DNA of 64,000 bases from positions 87,608,001 through 87,672,000 of the forward strand of contig NC_086108.1 in the NCBI RefSeq assembly GCF_963921235.1, written 5' to 3'. This document shows, in pieces, positions 25,803 to 38,069 of the stretch (its first letter is position 1; each line of letters begins with the position of its first letter). The notes below the pieces were generated by a model. It worked only from the letters and a program-made list of their open reading frames with translations, ran no database searches and was not told the DNA's origin. The position numbers and the translations under genes were made by a program. Origin of the DNA: Mobula hypostoma (Eukaryota).

Positions 25803-25967
25803 CTGGAAATGATGTTCCACATTACTGTCTGTGTACTTTGGTGTATGGAGGAAAATCAGTAGGTTCTGACGCAGGTAATGTGCAACAGCATAAAACCAAG
25901 GCAGACACCTATGAGGGATTGTGAACTGCACTACTTCTGTTGGAGCTGTGCCAGGAGGCTGTATAAA
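25803..25967 (-). CDS. SZT2: SZT2 exon (165 nt, 0-0) [12 protein letters not shown]...[25 protein letters not shown]
   Basis: caaccag acceptor, CAG|gtaatt donor; [18 protein letters not shown] motif. Confidence 0.95.
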
Positions 25968-26965
25968 CTGGTTGGGAGAAAAAAAATAATCAGTTAATAA
26001 AGAGCTAAAAAGTCAGGCTGGCTTACTGACCTGTACATACAGGCCTCTGTTTGGAGAGATTCATCACAAACTCTCAGGCTAAAGACCAAGATTCAATCTG
26101 AACGTCTTGTAAAGAACCATGCTGACAATGGCCACTCAATGGAACATATTACAGATAAAAATGGAGATGATTTTTTTAAAATACTGCAGAATTAAGCTTT
26201 AAAATGATAGTGTATATCTTAAAAAAAAGATCAATCCTTATCTGTGATCGTAACAATCCTCTACTGCCATCTCGTGGGCTTCTCTTGCACCCTTACAACC
26301 AAACTAGAATCACCATTGCATTGTGGTAAGTGTGCAGTATTTGAATGGGGGTTTTAAGTCATTTTAGCTGATGTTATTCTCTGAGCTAACCAGATATAGT
26401 TGTTCACAAGACTCACTAAACTGCTTCTAATTAGGTCTCATCAACTGGTATTGATCTATTTTGGCTTTTATCAACCTTTTTGCCCTGGAGGACCGCTTGA
26501 AATAATTTCCAGGACTCAGGGAACCCCTGCGTAAAAAATATATCAACAGCTCAAATGTAATCAGTAAGATGTAGATACGATACCCAAAAATAATTGTCAA
26601 TGCTCTTTTGAGTAGAGAATTAATTTTTAACCAACCTTTCTTGGAAAAAAAAGGTAGTTAAGCCTAGCTTACCTTTCTTGAAATTAATCTCTTCCCCTTT
26701 CATAAATTTTAAAAACTCAGAAGGCAAATATAATAAATTTCTGTTAAATAACTGGCTTAAGCCAAAATTGGATTTAATTTTTCTAAAGGTAGGTTTGGTA
26801 GATTTAATTTAAATAAAGGTTGTAATTTGCTATTTGCAACATGAAAATTTATTGACAATGTTGAATAGTAAAGTTACTAAAAACCATAAGCCAAAGCAAC
26901 ACAGTTCCTCCAAGACATACCTTTTGTTTCCAGATATGAAGACAAAACATTAAATATATCTTGGC

Positions 26966-27190
26966 AACACACATCAAAGTTGCTGGTGAACGCAGCAGGC
27001 CAGGCAGCATCTCTAGGAAGAGGTACAGTCGACGTTTCGGGCCGAGACCCTTCGTGAGTCCTGACGAAGGGTCTCGGCCCGAAACGTCGACTGTACCTCT
27101 TCCTAGAGATGCTGCCTGGCCTGCTGCGTTCACCAGCAACTTTGATGTGTGTTGCTTGAATTTCCAGCATCTGCAGAATTCCTTGTGTTT
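26966..27190. mobile_element. Second Penelope pLTR-derived fold-back insertion (perfect 92-bp arms plus tail)
   Basis: Arms 26964-27055 and 27064-27155 are exact reverse complements; TSD TATATCTTGGC at 26955-26965 and 27194-27204; intact hammerhead core on + at 27057-27092. Confidence 0.92.
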
Positions 27191-27555
27191 AACTATATCT
27201 TGGCCTTTGCCCGTTTCAGAGAGCTCTTTGCAATAGAAAAACTTTTCTTCAATTTCACCATCATTTACTAATTTTACAAATACTACAACATGATAACTAT
27301 TGGTGAAATCTGTTGACTCAACAACCTGGATAGAGAAGCTGTTGTTTTTAATCACACAAAACCTCTTCAGCATCATGTGACATGCCATCAATACATTGAC
27401 TTAGTGTATTGTTTGAGAGTAAAACCTTTTCAATTTTTTGTGCCTCACCTTGTCCTAGCATTTTACCCACTACAATTTTACATGCTGGGATTATTAGGTT
27501 CTCACCAACTGTGTGAGTTTTTCTTTTCTGGGTACTAAACTATGCTACTAATAGC

Positions 27556-27696
27556 ATAGTCCTGCTGAAGGGCCTCAGCCTGAAATGTCAACTGTACTCT
27601 TTCCACAAATGCTGCCTGGCCTGCTGAGTTCCCAACAGCGTTTTGTGTGTTGTTTGGATTTCCAGCATCTGCAGATTTTCTCTTACTTGTGATTGG
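27556..27696 (+). mobile_element. Older Penelope pLTR fragment with degenerate hammerhead
   Basis: agtcctgctgaagggcctcagcctgaaatgtcaactg...ccagcatctgcag; flanked by an atgctactaa direct repeat. Confidence 0.7.
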
Positions 27697-29138
27697 ATGC
27701 TACTAAATAACTTGCTTCCTGAACCCTTTTACTGACTACGACTTTATTAACAAAAGCTTTACACTGTTTTGATATTCCAATAGCTGTTTAAAATAATCAG
27801 CACTTTTACATGTCATATGGCTGTGATTTGTCATTAATAGTCTTTTCAATTTTGCTGGAGCCATTGCTGCATTTGTAAGTTGCTTGCCACAGACTAGGCA
27901 CAATGAAATAGGACAACTTGGATCACCAATTAATGTAAAACCCATTGATAAGTGGCTTTCATTGTAAGGACAAACATTTTTGTGTCTGTTGTTGCATTAG
28001 TGCAGGGAAATAACTCAAAAGACTGCACTGTCAGACAGTAGATGATCAGACATGTCTGTAAAATACAGAGATTAATAAAATATAAAAAAGAACAGCATAA
28101 TAAATAACTAAATGAGAAAACTGCAAAATATACAAAAACTTCACAATGCAATTCATTTCTAACCTAAACAATCCACCTTTTGTAAAATTCACAACAGCAA
28201 AGTGGCAGGCCAGCAGCTAGTCGCGGCGCATAAAAATTCCTTCTTTGGAATGAAAATTTATCTCCAATTTTCCACTACACTGCTAGGGTTTGTTCACTCC
28301 CATAAGTCAATTGGCAGCACCTAAGGGGAAGTTGGGGGAGGTAATTTGGGAGGGACAGGCTGATGTCACAGCCCAAGTGGTGCGAGTCCGTTCGATACTC
28401 GGAAAACACACTTCACACTCCTCATCAGCCTATTGTCCTCCCTTCTGTGCAATAAAGCGCTCACCAATTATCAACGGCCTCCCCTACCTTGCATCAAACA
28501 CTGAGAGTGGACTCAACAACATAAACATGGTCTTGCTGTGCACTGCCATACTGGGCTGAGACACAGCTAATGGGGCTGCTCGGTCACTGCCCACCACTGC
28601 GAGCACTAGCACAAAGTCACACAAAGTCCAAAACATGATGTTTATGTTTCTTTAAATCTCAATCTCTCGCGGAACCCTGGTTAAGAAACGCTGGTCTATT
28701 TAGAGCAGCCACTGTAGCTAATCAAAAAACCAAAATGTATCTAAGTACACATATGTTACCATATGCTACTTTGAGATTCATTTTCTTGCAGGCAAAATAA
28801 AGACATACAATAGAATCTTATGAAAAACTATACATAAATAAAGACTGACAAACAACCAATGTGCAAAAGAAGACAAACTGCAAATAAATACTGAGAAAGT
28901 GAGTTGTTAAGAGTCCTTGATAGTGAGTCTGTAGGTCAGAGAATCAACTCACAGTGGTGAATGAAGTTAGCCACGTAAGCAACTTAAAAAATTGACATCT
29001 GCCACCAGTTAACTTAAGCAAAAGCAAATTCAGGCAATTAACACTCAGCTTTTGCTTCATACTTTCAACTTTAGATATTGATAGCTTTACTGGACGAGCC
29101 TCCATCCTATTATAGTCTGTGTATTTCAAAGTTTGCTA

Positions 29139-29282
<144 letters not shown>

Positions 29283-30099
29283 TCAAACCATCTCTGTAAA
29301 CCACACACTGCAAATCAAAAGATGATAAAACTAATAAAGTACATATTTGCACACATTATGAAGATTTTGCAATGGACTGGAGATACAAGTTGATAGTTCC
29401 AACATCCATGGTGCTAGCTGGTAGAAATACTATAAAACTGCAGAACGTGTCCAGTTAAAGTTAACATTTTATCCTGTTTGAGGCTCCTGAAACGTTTCAT
29501 GATATGACTGTATTAGCACAATCCTTCTCTTCTCCATGTTTATTTGGCTCATCTTTAAATGCATCTGTACTCTTCAGAACAACTGCTCCCTGGGGTCACA
29601 AGTTCTGTTCTCTCACAACTCTGTGTAAAGGGGTTCATACTTGATGACTCTCTATCTAATCTTCCTCATTCAGAATCCCCAAGTTATTGTACTGAAGGAG
29701 TACATATATTTAACCAACTCTATTCGTTCACCCCTCAGCTTTTACTTTTGAAGAGACCCTAGTCCGCTCGTCAATTCCCAAGAGAACAACCTCATACTTC
29801 CAGTTTAACCATGCAAATCTACAGCCTGGCAAATGCCACTTTTGTAACACAGAGACCAGAAAAGTACTGTACTTAGTCTGTTTGGCCTAAGGTTTAAAAT
29901 ATACTTAAACAAAGAAAACTTTTAAGCTCTCTCTATAGAAATTATTATTTTTTAATTTGCTTTAATTGTCCCACATCACATAAAAGTCATTTTTGTTTTT
30001 TATATAAATATATTATTTAGTTGATTAAAAAAGTCTTTAATTTTATAGTTCAGTTTCCAGTTTGAAAACAAGGCTGCATATCGGTGCCATCTTACCGGG

Positions 30100-30877
30100 G
30101 ACTTTCTGTAAGATGGCAGCACACAAACTTGCAGCGACTTCTTCGGGTCAGCCAGAGGTGCAATTGATCGTCCTTTATATCAGTTTTACAACCGCAAGAG
30201 ACTGCTGTATAGTAAAAATATCAAGTACTGCAGGTCTACCACACCAGCGAGTTGCTTGATAGCGGAGGAGATGAACTTGTTGTGGAATGTGTCACCATTT
30301 ACGACAGGAAGGCGCGGCCGAACAAACGGTGCAAGTGATTGTCTTGGACGTTTTTCCTCGTGATCGCAAGACTCTGACGGACATTAGTAGTGTAGAATAC
30401 TGCAAGATTAGTTCACTCCTTTACTGGAAAGACCGACAGTGGGGGAGCTGCGTTGACCTCGGTTGTAGCGTTGGCTAGGAGCACGAAGTCGCCTGTTGCA
30501 GGTGGCCAGGTGTGGCGTGTGGCCCTGTTGGGTTGGGGCTGCCCTCCTGTGTTCACTCTGGGACAACAAGCCGAGTTGTGTTCGTCTGCATCTGCATTAG
30601 TATGTGATGAGTGAACTGCTGCGGGTTTGTTCTTGCTAACAGTACCCCACGCCCAATCAATCTTCGGAACATGATACTCAGGGACTTGAGCTACATGATG
30701 TTTTTTGTGTGACTGTATGTTTACTGCTACCGCAATTATGTGTGCTATATGTGCCTTGTGCTATGTATGACTGTTGGTACTGTATTTAGCACACTGGCCC
30801 CAGAGGAACACTGTCTCATTTGGCTGTATTCCTGGGCATTCATACATGGTTGAATAACAATTAAACATGAATTTGAA
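30100..30877 (+). repeat. Unclassified CpG-rich interspersed repeat, probably a non-autonomous retroelement
   Basis: Begins aagatggcagc, sharp GC/CpG contrast with the flanks, ends aattaaacatgaatttgaa like a LINE tail. Confidence 0.4.
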
Positions 30878-30896
30878 ATAATTTAACCAATCGCAC

Positions 30897-31005
30897 CTGC
30901 TTGTCCTACACCATGTACCATTAACAGAATGTGCTTATCCACTTGACCAATGGGCCGCGATGACTCTGCACTTCGTGTGGGTATGAGATCAGAGTGTTTG
31001 GAGTT
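30897..31005 (-). CDS. SZT2: SZT2 exon (109 nt, 0-1) NSKHSD...[21 protein letters not shown]
   Basis: taatctag acceptor, CAG|gtgcga donor; resembles human [21 protein letters not shown]. Confidence 0.93.
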
Positions 31006-31209
31006 CTAGATTAAGAGAAAATCAACAGTTATGAGAAGTGGTTTGATAGTGTCTTTGCAAGTAAATCCTTTAATCTCTTAATTTTATCATTCAAAGGAAT
31101 CAATTCTGATTTGTAACCTACCTCCAAAAACTACCTTTGTCTAATATTCTTTAACAAAAATAGCCATTCATTATCCCTTTTCAAAATATAGTTGCTATTT
31201 CAATTATGG

Positions 31210-31503
31210 CTAACATGAGAGGGCACAGTTTTAAGGTGCTTGGAAGTGGGTACAGAGGAGATGTCAGGGGTAAGTTTTTTTTTTAAAAACACAGAGAGCA
31301 GTGAGTGCGTGGAATGGGCTGCCTGCAACGGTGGTGGATGCAGATACAATACGGTCTTTTAAGAGACTCCTGGACAGGTACATGGAGCTTAGAAAAATAG
31401 AGGGCAATGGGTAACCCTAGGTAATTTCTATAGTAAGGACATGTTTGGCACAGTTTTGTGGGCCAAAGGGCCTGCATTGTGCTGTAGGCGTTCTATGTTT
31501 CTA
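31210..31503 (+). mobile_element. CR1 LINE 3' end
   Basis: agagggcacagttttaaggtg...gggccaaagggcctgcattgtgctgta...(ttctatg) tail. Confidence 0.8.
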
Positions 31504-31605
31504 TTAATTTTAGTAATGTATTTCACAACCTGATAACATTTTGTCACAACCTCTTCTATTATCTGAGCTATTACGCTATGAAAAATGTTCCTGATATAAT
31601 CTCAC

Positions 31606-31729
31606 CACAAGTTCATCAGCAAGAATTGGTTCCTGGCTGCGTATTAAAGCCAACGAGCGAGAAGACAGCATGGACTGACACTCTCTATCCGAATCTGGTG
31701 TATTTCCACTGCATATCGTTTCAGACAGC
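31606..31729 (-). CDS. SZT2: SZT2 exon (124 nt, 2-0) LSETICSG...SLALIRSQEPILADELV
   Basis: ctgacag acceptor, GTG|gtgaga donor; resembles human SLALSRSQEPI. Confidence 0.9.
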
Positions 31730-31877
31730 CTGTCAGGTTAGGCAAAGAACAAAAGGAAAAACAGCTCTCGTGTCAGGTACGGGATGTATTTGATGATGTG
31801 CTTAAAATATAAGAACAAAAACAATTCCATTTATTTTGGCTCAAAAAAAACCATTAAATATTCATCAAAAAGTTACA

Positions 31878-32432
31878 CTACTATACAAAAGTCTTAGGCA
31901 CCCTATATCTCTATGACTTTTGTACAGTACTGTAGTAATTTTATGTATTGTGCTGTACTACTGCTGTTGCAAACAAAAAGCACAAATTTCATGACATATG
32001 TGAGTGATGACAGACCTGATTCTGATATGGGTCTCTATTGTAGACTGTGAGAGGGAAGAGGGCAGGGATTGTAGAATCATGGTCGGGTAAAGGGAAAGGG
32101 AGAAGAGAGGGAGCAAGGAAGCACAGAGAGACATTCTGTAACGATCAATAAACCAATTTTTTGGAATCAAATTATCTTGCCTGGTGTCTCAGGGTTGGGT
32201 GTGCCTGTACTTGTGCCACCCACACCAGCACCCCCCCCCCAACCCCTAGCATTCCTTCACTGCCACCTGTCCTACACCCTTCCTCCTACGCTCCACCCTT
32301 GCTATTCCTAACATTCTTTGCTTCTGCCAGATTTACAAACTTGCACTCCCCTCCACGATGACAAATACAATACTGTGCAAAGTCTAGGCACCCTAGCTGT
32401 ATATACATACCAAAGACTTTTGCACAGTATTG
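31878..32432. repeat. Two tiny palindromic MITE-like hairpins flanking a Rex-type 3' end
   Basis: tactgtgcaaagtct...agacttttgcacagta (32371-32429) and tatacaaaagtct...gacttttgtaca (31882-31926). Confidence 0.55.
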
Positions 32433-35400
32433 TACATTGAAACCATTTGGCCAGACCCTTGTATATTGGTTTTCTAATCCACATCTAATTACCTAACTTT
32501 CTTTCAATCACTGGATTATAGAAATATACATCACCTTGACTGGTTGGTAATTTAATGCTTCAAACTTGTTCTACAATTCAATGAATATATCACTGATCTG
32601 CAACTTAATTCTATATTCTTCAACAAAATTCTAACTAGTCTGTTTTTAACATTTGCTATGATCTACTTTCACTGTTATCATTAGCAGTACATTTTATAGC
32701 CTGATAAGTATTCCATGCAAAATCATGATCATCCAGTTCTAGCTTTTTCATAGGTAAACTTATTTCTACCACTTCTGCCTAATTACTTATTAATTCAATG
32801 CATCTGTTCACTTTTGTTCTAATGAAAATCCCAAACTGTTGGAGATTTTCCAAAAATTTACAAAATATCCTCTTCTATTTACCCTTGGTTTTCAGAGTGA
32901 TTTATTATGGATACATCATTTGAAAATCTTAATACCATTTTTTTCTCATCCCTGTTTCATTAATCACTTCCTTTTTTGCAATATAATTTTAATTTGAACT
33001 ATTCTCAATCAGAACTTTGAAACCATTATTTGGAAACTGCTCTTCAAAGATATTCTGCTGAAACAATTTCAAAGTTACATCCATATATGGAAGCAACACA
33101 TATAAAAAATGCCAGTGAACGCAGCAGGCCAGGCAGCATCTCTAGGAAGAGGTACAGTCGACGTTTTGGGCCGAGACCCTTCGTCAGGACTAACTGAAAG
33201 AAGAGCTAGTAAGAGATTTGAAAGTTGGAGGGGGAGATCCAAAATGATAGGAGAAGACAGGAGGGGGAGGGATGGAGCTGAGAGCTGGAAAGCTGATTGG
33301 TAAAATGGATACGAGGCTGGAGAAGGGAGAGGATCATGGGATGGGAGGCCAGGGAGAAAGAAATGGGGAGGGGAGCCCAGAGGATGGGCAAGGAGTTATA
33401 GTGAGAGGGACAGATGGAGAAAAAAGTGAGAGAGAAAAGAAACAAACAAACAAACAAATAAATAAATAAATAAGGGATGGGGTATGAGGGGGAGGTGGGG
33501 CATTAACAGAAGTTAGAGAAGTCAATATGCATGCCATCAGGTTGGAGGCTACCCAGATGGAATATAAGGTGTTGCTCCTCCAACCTGAATGTGGCTTCAT
33601 CTTTACAGTAGAGGAGGCCGTGGATAGACATATCAGAATGGGAATGGGACGTGGAATTAAAATGTGTGGCCACTGGGAGATCCTGCTTTCTCTGGCGGAC
33701 AGAGCGTAGGTGTTCAGCAAAACGGTCTCCCAGCCTGCGTTGGGTCTCGCCAATATATAGAAGGCCGCATCGGGAGCATCGGACGCAGTATATCACCCCA
33801 GCCGACTCACAGGTGAAGTGTCACCTCACCTAGAAGGACTGTCTGGCGCAATGAATGGTGGTGAGGGAGGAAGTGTAAGGGCATGTGTAGCACTTGTTCC
33901 GCTTACACGGATAAGTGCCAGCAGGGATATCGGTGGGAAGGGATGGGGGGGGGGAAACGAATGGACAAGGGAGTCGCATAGGGAGCGATCCCTGCGGAAA
34001 GCAGAAAGGGAGGGGGGGAGGGAAAGATGTGCTTAGTGGTGGGATCCTGTTGGAGGTGGCGGAAGTTACGGAGAATTATATGTTGGACCCGGAGGCTGGT
34101 GGGGTGGTAGGTGAGGACAAGGGGAACCCTATCCCTTGTAGAGGATGGGGTGAGAGCAGATGTGCGTGAAATGGGAGAGATGCGTTTGAGAGCATAGCTG
34201 ATGGTGGAGGAAGGGAAGCCCCTTTCTTTAAAAAAAAAAGACATCTCCTTTGTCCTATAATGAAAAGCCTCATCCTGAGAGCAGATGCGGTGGAGACGGA
34301 GGAATTGCAAGAAGGGGATGGCATTTTTGCAAGAGACAGGTTGGGAAGAGGAATAGTCCAGGTAGCTGTGAGAGTCCGTAGGCATATAGTAGACATCAGT
34401 AGATAAGCTGTCTCCAGAGATAGAGACAGAAAGATCTAGAAAGGGGAGGGAGGTGTCGGAAATGGACCAGGTAAACTTGAGGGCAGGGTGAAGTTGGAGG
34501 CAAAGTTAATAAAGTCAACGAGCTCAGCATGCATGCAGGAAGCAGTGCCAATGCAGTTGTCAATGTAGTGAAGGAAAAGTGGGGGACAGATACCAGTATA
34601 GACTTGGAACATGGATTGTTCCACAAAGCCAACAAAAAGGCAGGCATAGCTAGGACCCATACGGGTGCCCATAGCTACACCTTTAGTATGGAGGAAGTGG
34701 GAGGAGCCAAAGGAGAAATTATTAAGAGTAAGGACTAATTCTGCTAGATGGAGGAGAGTGCTGGTAGAGGGTAACTGGTTAGGGTCTGGAATCCAAAAAG
34801 AAGCGGATAGCTTTGAGACCTTCCTGGTGGGGGATGGAGGTATATAGGGAACACATATAAAAGTTGCTGGTGAACGCAGCAGGCCAGGCAGCATCTCTAG
34901 GAAGAGGTGCAGTCGATGAGGGATGGAGGTATATAGGGACTGGACATCCATGATGAAAATAAAGCGGTGGGGGCCAGGGAACTTAAAATCATTGAAAAAA
35001 TTCAGAGCGTGAGAAGTGTCACGAACATAGGTGGGAAGGGATTGAACAAGGGGGGATAAAACAGTGTCAAGGTATGCAGAAATGAGTTCGGTGGGGCAGG
35101 AGCAAGCTGAGCCAATGGGTCTACCTGGACAGGCAGGTTTGTGGATCTTGGGTAGGAGGTAGAAACAGCAAGTGCGGGGTGTGGGAACTATAAGGTTGGT
35201 AGCAGTGGATGGGAGATCCTCTGAGCTGATAAAGTTGGTGTTGGTGTGGGAGACAATGGCCTGGTGCTCCTTAATGGGGTCACGATCGAGGGGTAAATAA
35301 GAGGAGGTATCTGCGAGTTGTCGCTGTGCCTTGGCAAGGTAGAGGTCAGTACTCCAGACGACAACAGCACCCCCTTATCGGCAGGTTTTATAGTAAGGTT

Positions 35401-35784
35401 AGATTGGTGCAGAGGGAGTGGAGAGCAGAGCGTTCAGAAGGAGTGAGGTTGGAATGGGAACAAGGTGTGGTGAATGGTCGAGATGGTTGATGACCCATTG
35501 GCAGTTAGCAATGGAGATCCAGAGCAGGCAGAAGACCAGAGTGGGGTGTCCATGAAGAGGAGGAGGGTTGAAGACGGGAGAAGAGGTCATCGGTGGAGGT
35601 GGGAGAGTCGTTGCCGAAGTAGGCTCGAAGACGGAGCCGGCTGAAGAACAGTTCCGCGTCATGACGAATGCGGAACTCGCTGAGGTGTGGGTGAAGTGTG
35701 ACAAAGTTAAGGCCCTTACTGAGGACAGAGCGTTCTGCTTCACAGAGTTGAAGGTCAGAGGGGATGGTAAAGACCCGGCATGGA

Positions 35785-36181
35785 TGAGAGCTGGGATCAG
35801 AGGGGGGAGGGGAGGGTTGGGGTGAGAGGAAGAAGGAGCCTCTGAGGGCCCAGGAGTAGATGATGGGATGTGAGGGAGACAAGGTTGTAGACTGGTGGTG
35901 GGGGAAGCGGAGACAGGAGTCACAATAGCAGCATGTGAAGACCCGGCCTGGAGTTCAAGGCTGGACTCTTGAGAGCTAGGATCAGAGGGGGGAGGGGGGA
36001 GGCTGATGGTGTCAGTGGAGAGGGGAGGGTTGGGGTGAGAGGAAGTTGGAGCCTCTGAGGGCCCAGGAGCTGACGGTGGGATCTGAGGGAGATGGGGTTG
36101 CAGAGTGGTGGCGGGGGGAAGGGGAGACGGGAGTCACAATAGCAGCACGTGAAGACCCGACCTGGAGTTCAAGGCTGGAGT
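35785..36181. repeat. Diverged tandem duplication (~185-210 bp units) within the Penelope 5' ORF region
   Basis: gagagct(g/a)ggatcagagggggg...ggagcctctgagggcccaggag...gaagacccg(g/a)cctggagttcaaggctgga occurs twice. Confidence 0.8.
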
Positions 36182-36373
36182 CGCAGTTGGAGGCTGCGCA
36201 ATCGCTTTGAAGGTGTCCATGGTCGTTGGAGCCCGCATTGATGGTGCTGGTGACCAGGTTTTGAATATGCCTTGGGTTGCTGGAGCCGTCGAGATCAATG
36301 GCGGGGGCCGCAATCTGAAGATCTCCCCCTCCCCCTCCCACTTTCAAATCTCTTACTATCTCTTCTCTCAGTT

Positions 36374-36409
36374 AGTCCTGACGAAGGGTCTCGGCCCGAA
36401 ACGTTGACT
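36374..36409 (+). ncRNA. Minimal hammerhead ribozyme motif in the inverted pLTR
   Basis: AGTC-CTGACGA-AGGGTCTCGGCCC-GAAA-CGTT^GACT (GUU triplet). Confidence 0.7.
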
Positions 36410-36810
36410 GTACCTCTTCCTACAGATGCTGCCTGGCCTGCTGCGTTCACCAGCATTTTTTATGTGTGTTGCTTGAATTTCCAGCATCTGCAGATTTCCT
36501 CGTGTTTGCGTTTTTAAATCCATATATGAAGATTTTTTTCAGATCATATTACTGCCTGATAAGTAAACCTAATGGGGTTTCAAAATGAAAAGATGCCTCT
36601 TAAAGAATAAAAAAAATTTATTTCCTCCTCAGAGGTTCAATGACCACTACCAAGGAAATCAGTCAGGATCACTGTTAGATAGATACAGGTCACTTGTCTT
36701 CTTTGCTATCTTTACACATAACGATCCCAATCTTCATATGACTCATTTTGGTTTCTATGGCCTTCTAGTATATGGACTAAAACTGCCAGCATTACGGACG
36801 TACATTCTTA

Positions 36811-36966
<156 letters not shown>

Positions 36967-38069
36967 TTAAAGTCATGCAGCACAAAGGCAGCTTCCTCTC
37001 CTCCAATAACATGAGCTGTGACTAAACAGGTAGAAGGGACAAGGGCACAGTTCTTAGCAAACAACACTTACAAGTTAAAATCCAGATACCTGCTTGGTTT
37101 GATCTTATTAATTTAAAAGCCTGGAACAAGTCAAAGGACCTAGCTATTACCACATGCTGGTACACTAGCAGTATTTACATTCAAAGGGCACTACTTTAAA
37201 GCTAGTGAAAACTTGATCATCTACAGAAAAAAAACATAATTAACTGACCCATAAAATTTCTTGGCTCTTTCTATAAGCAGCTACTTCTGTCACACATCAT
37301 CTTATCTGATGTACTGGTAGTTCTAACCATTTTCAAATATTCATTATATTTCCTCTTGAAGGCTACTACAAAAATAATATCCATCATGCAGAAGATTCCA
37401 AATTTGGTTTGCTCTCAATGTACTCAAGTTTTGTTTACAATATCATGACTGGCTCTTTTGCTCACCTTAAATCTTAAGTTATAAAAATTTCATCCACGAG
37501 ATACAGCTTTTCATTAGTATATCAGAATGCTCATATTTTAAAACTATTATATCTACTCTCAACCTTTTGTCCTCTAAGGAAAACTTTTTAGCTTCCAAAG
37601 TCTATACATGTAACTGTTATACTTCATCACTAAAAACTACTAGTTAATCTCAACGGCAATCTTTTCAATGTCCTCAAGACGTTCCAGACTGAAAGGAACT
37701 GGTGCCCAAAACTGGAGGTAGTTTGATATTGTTTTATCAAACCACGAAGGCTTTGTAACTAGATCTTGAGAGAAACAATCTACCAAGGCAAGCATAGCAT
37801 CTACAAAGAAAAATGATAAACTTAACACTGTATGTGTTGCCCTTCAATGGAACCATTGTTGTGTCAGACTTGTGGGAATTTCCATCATCTTCTAACTTTG
37901 TTTTATATTTCCATCACCTACAGTATTTTAAGAGCACTCCAATAATAAATAGTATGCTTTGAAATGCCATTTCATATGGGATAATGTCAAAGGAAATAGA
38001 AAAATTGATTCCTTTCAGTCTGGAACCAAAGGAAATATTAAGCTGATCAGAGACTTGAAGATGGCTGAT

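Larger units (their letters stand above)
26462..28693 (-). mobile_element. hAT (Charlie/Buster-type) DNA transposon fossil, internally deleted, with nested Penelope insertions
   Basis: Transposase remnants MGFT..GD...P.CLVCGKQLTNAAMAPAKLKR and FSIQV.ESTDFTN...CKELSETGKGQDI|FNVLSSYLETKGMSWRNCV; degenerate TIR pair tggcttttatcaacc / ggttaagaaacgctg; 8-bp TSD ATCTATTT (26454-26461) / GTCTATTT (28694-28701). Confidence 0.85.
33093..36517 (-). mobile_element. Near full-length Penelope-like retroelement (Neptune-type RT + GIY-YIG endonuclease), disrupted, with an inverted tail-bearing 5' pLTR
   Basis: RT motifs MDVQSLYTSIPH, GVAMGTRMGPSYACLFVG, YIDN, DSHSYLDYSSS; GIY-YIG IYCVRCSRCGLLYIGETQRRLGDRFAEHL; 3' pLTR 33093-33500; inverted pLTR 36320-36517; TSD ATCCATATATG at 33079-33089 and 36518-36528. 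Confidence 0.93.

Noticed and set aside
26849..27391. 180-aa ORF suggesting a domesticated ZBED/SCAND3-like gene
   Set aside because: It reads through an inserted palindrome, shifts frame afterwards, and lies in a deleted hAT fossil with TIRs and TSD
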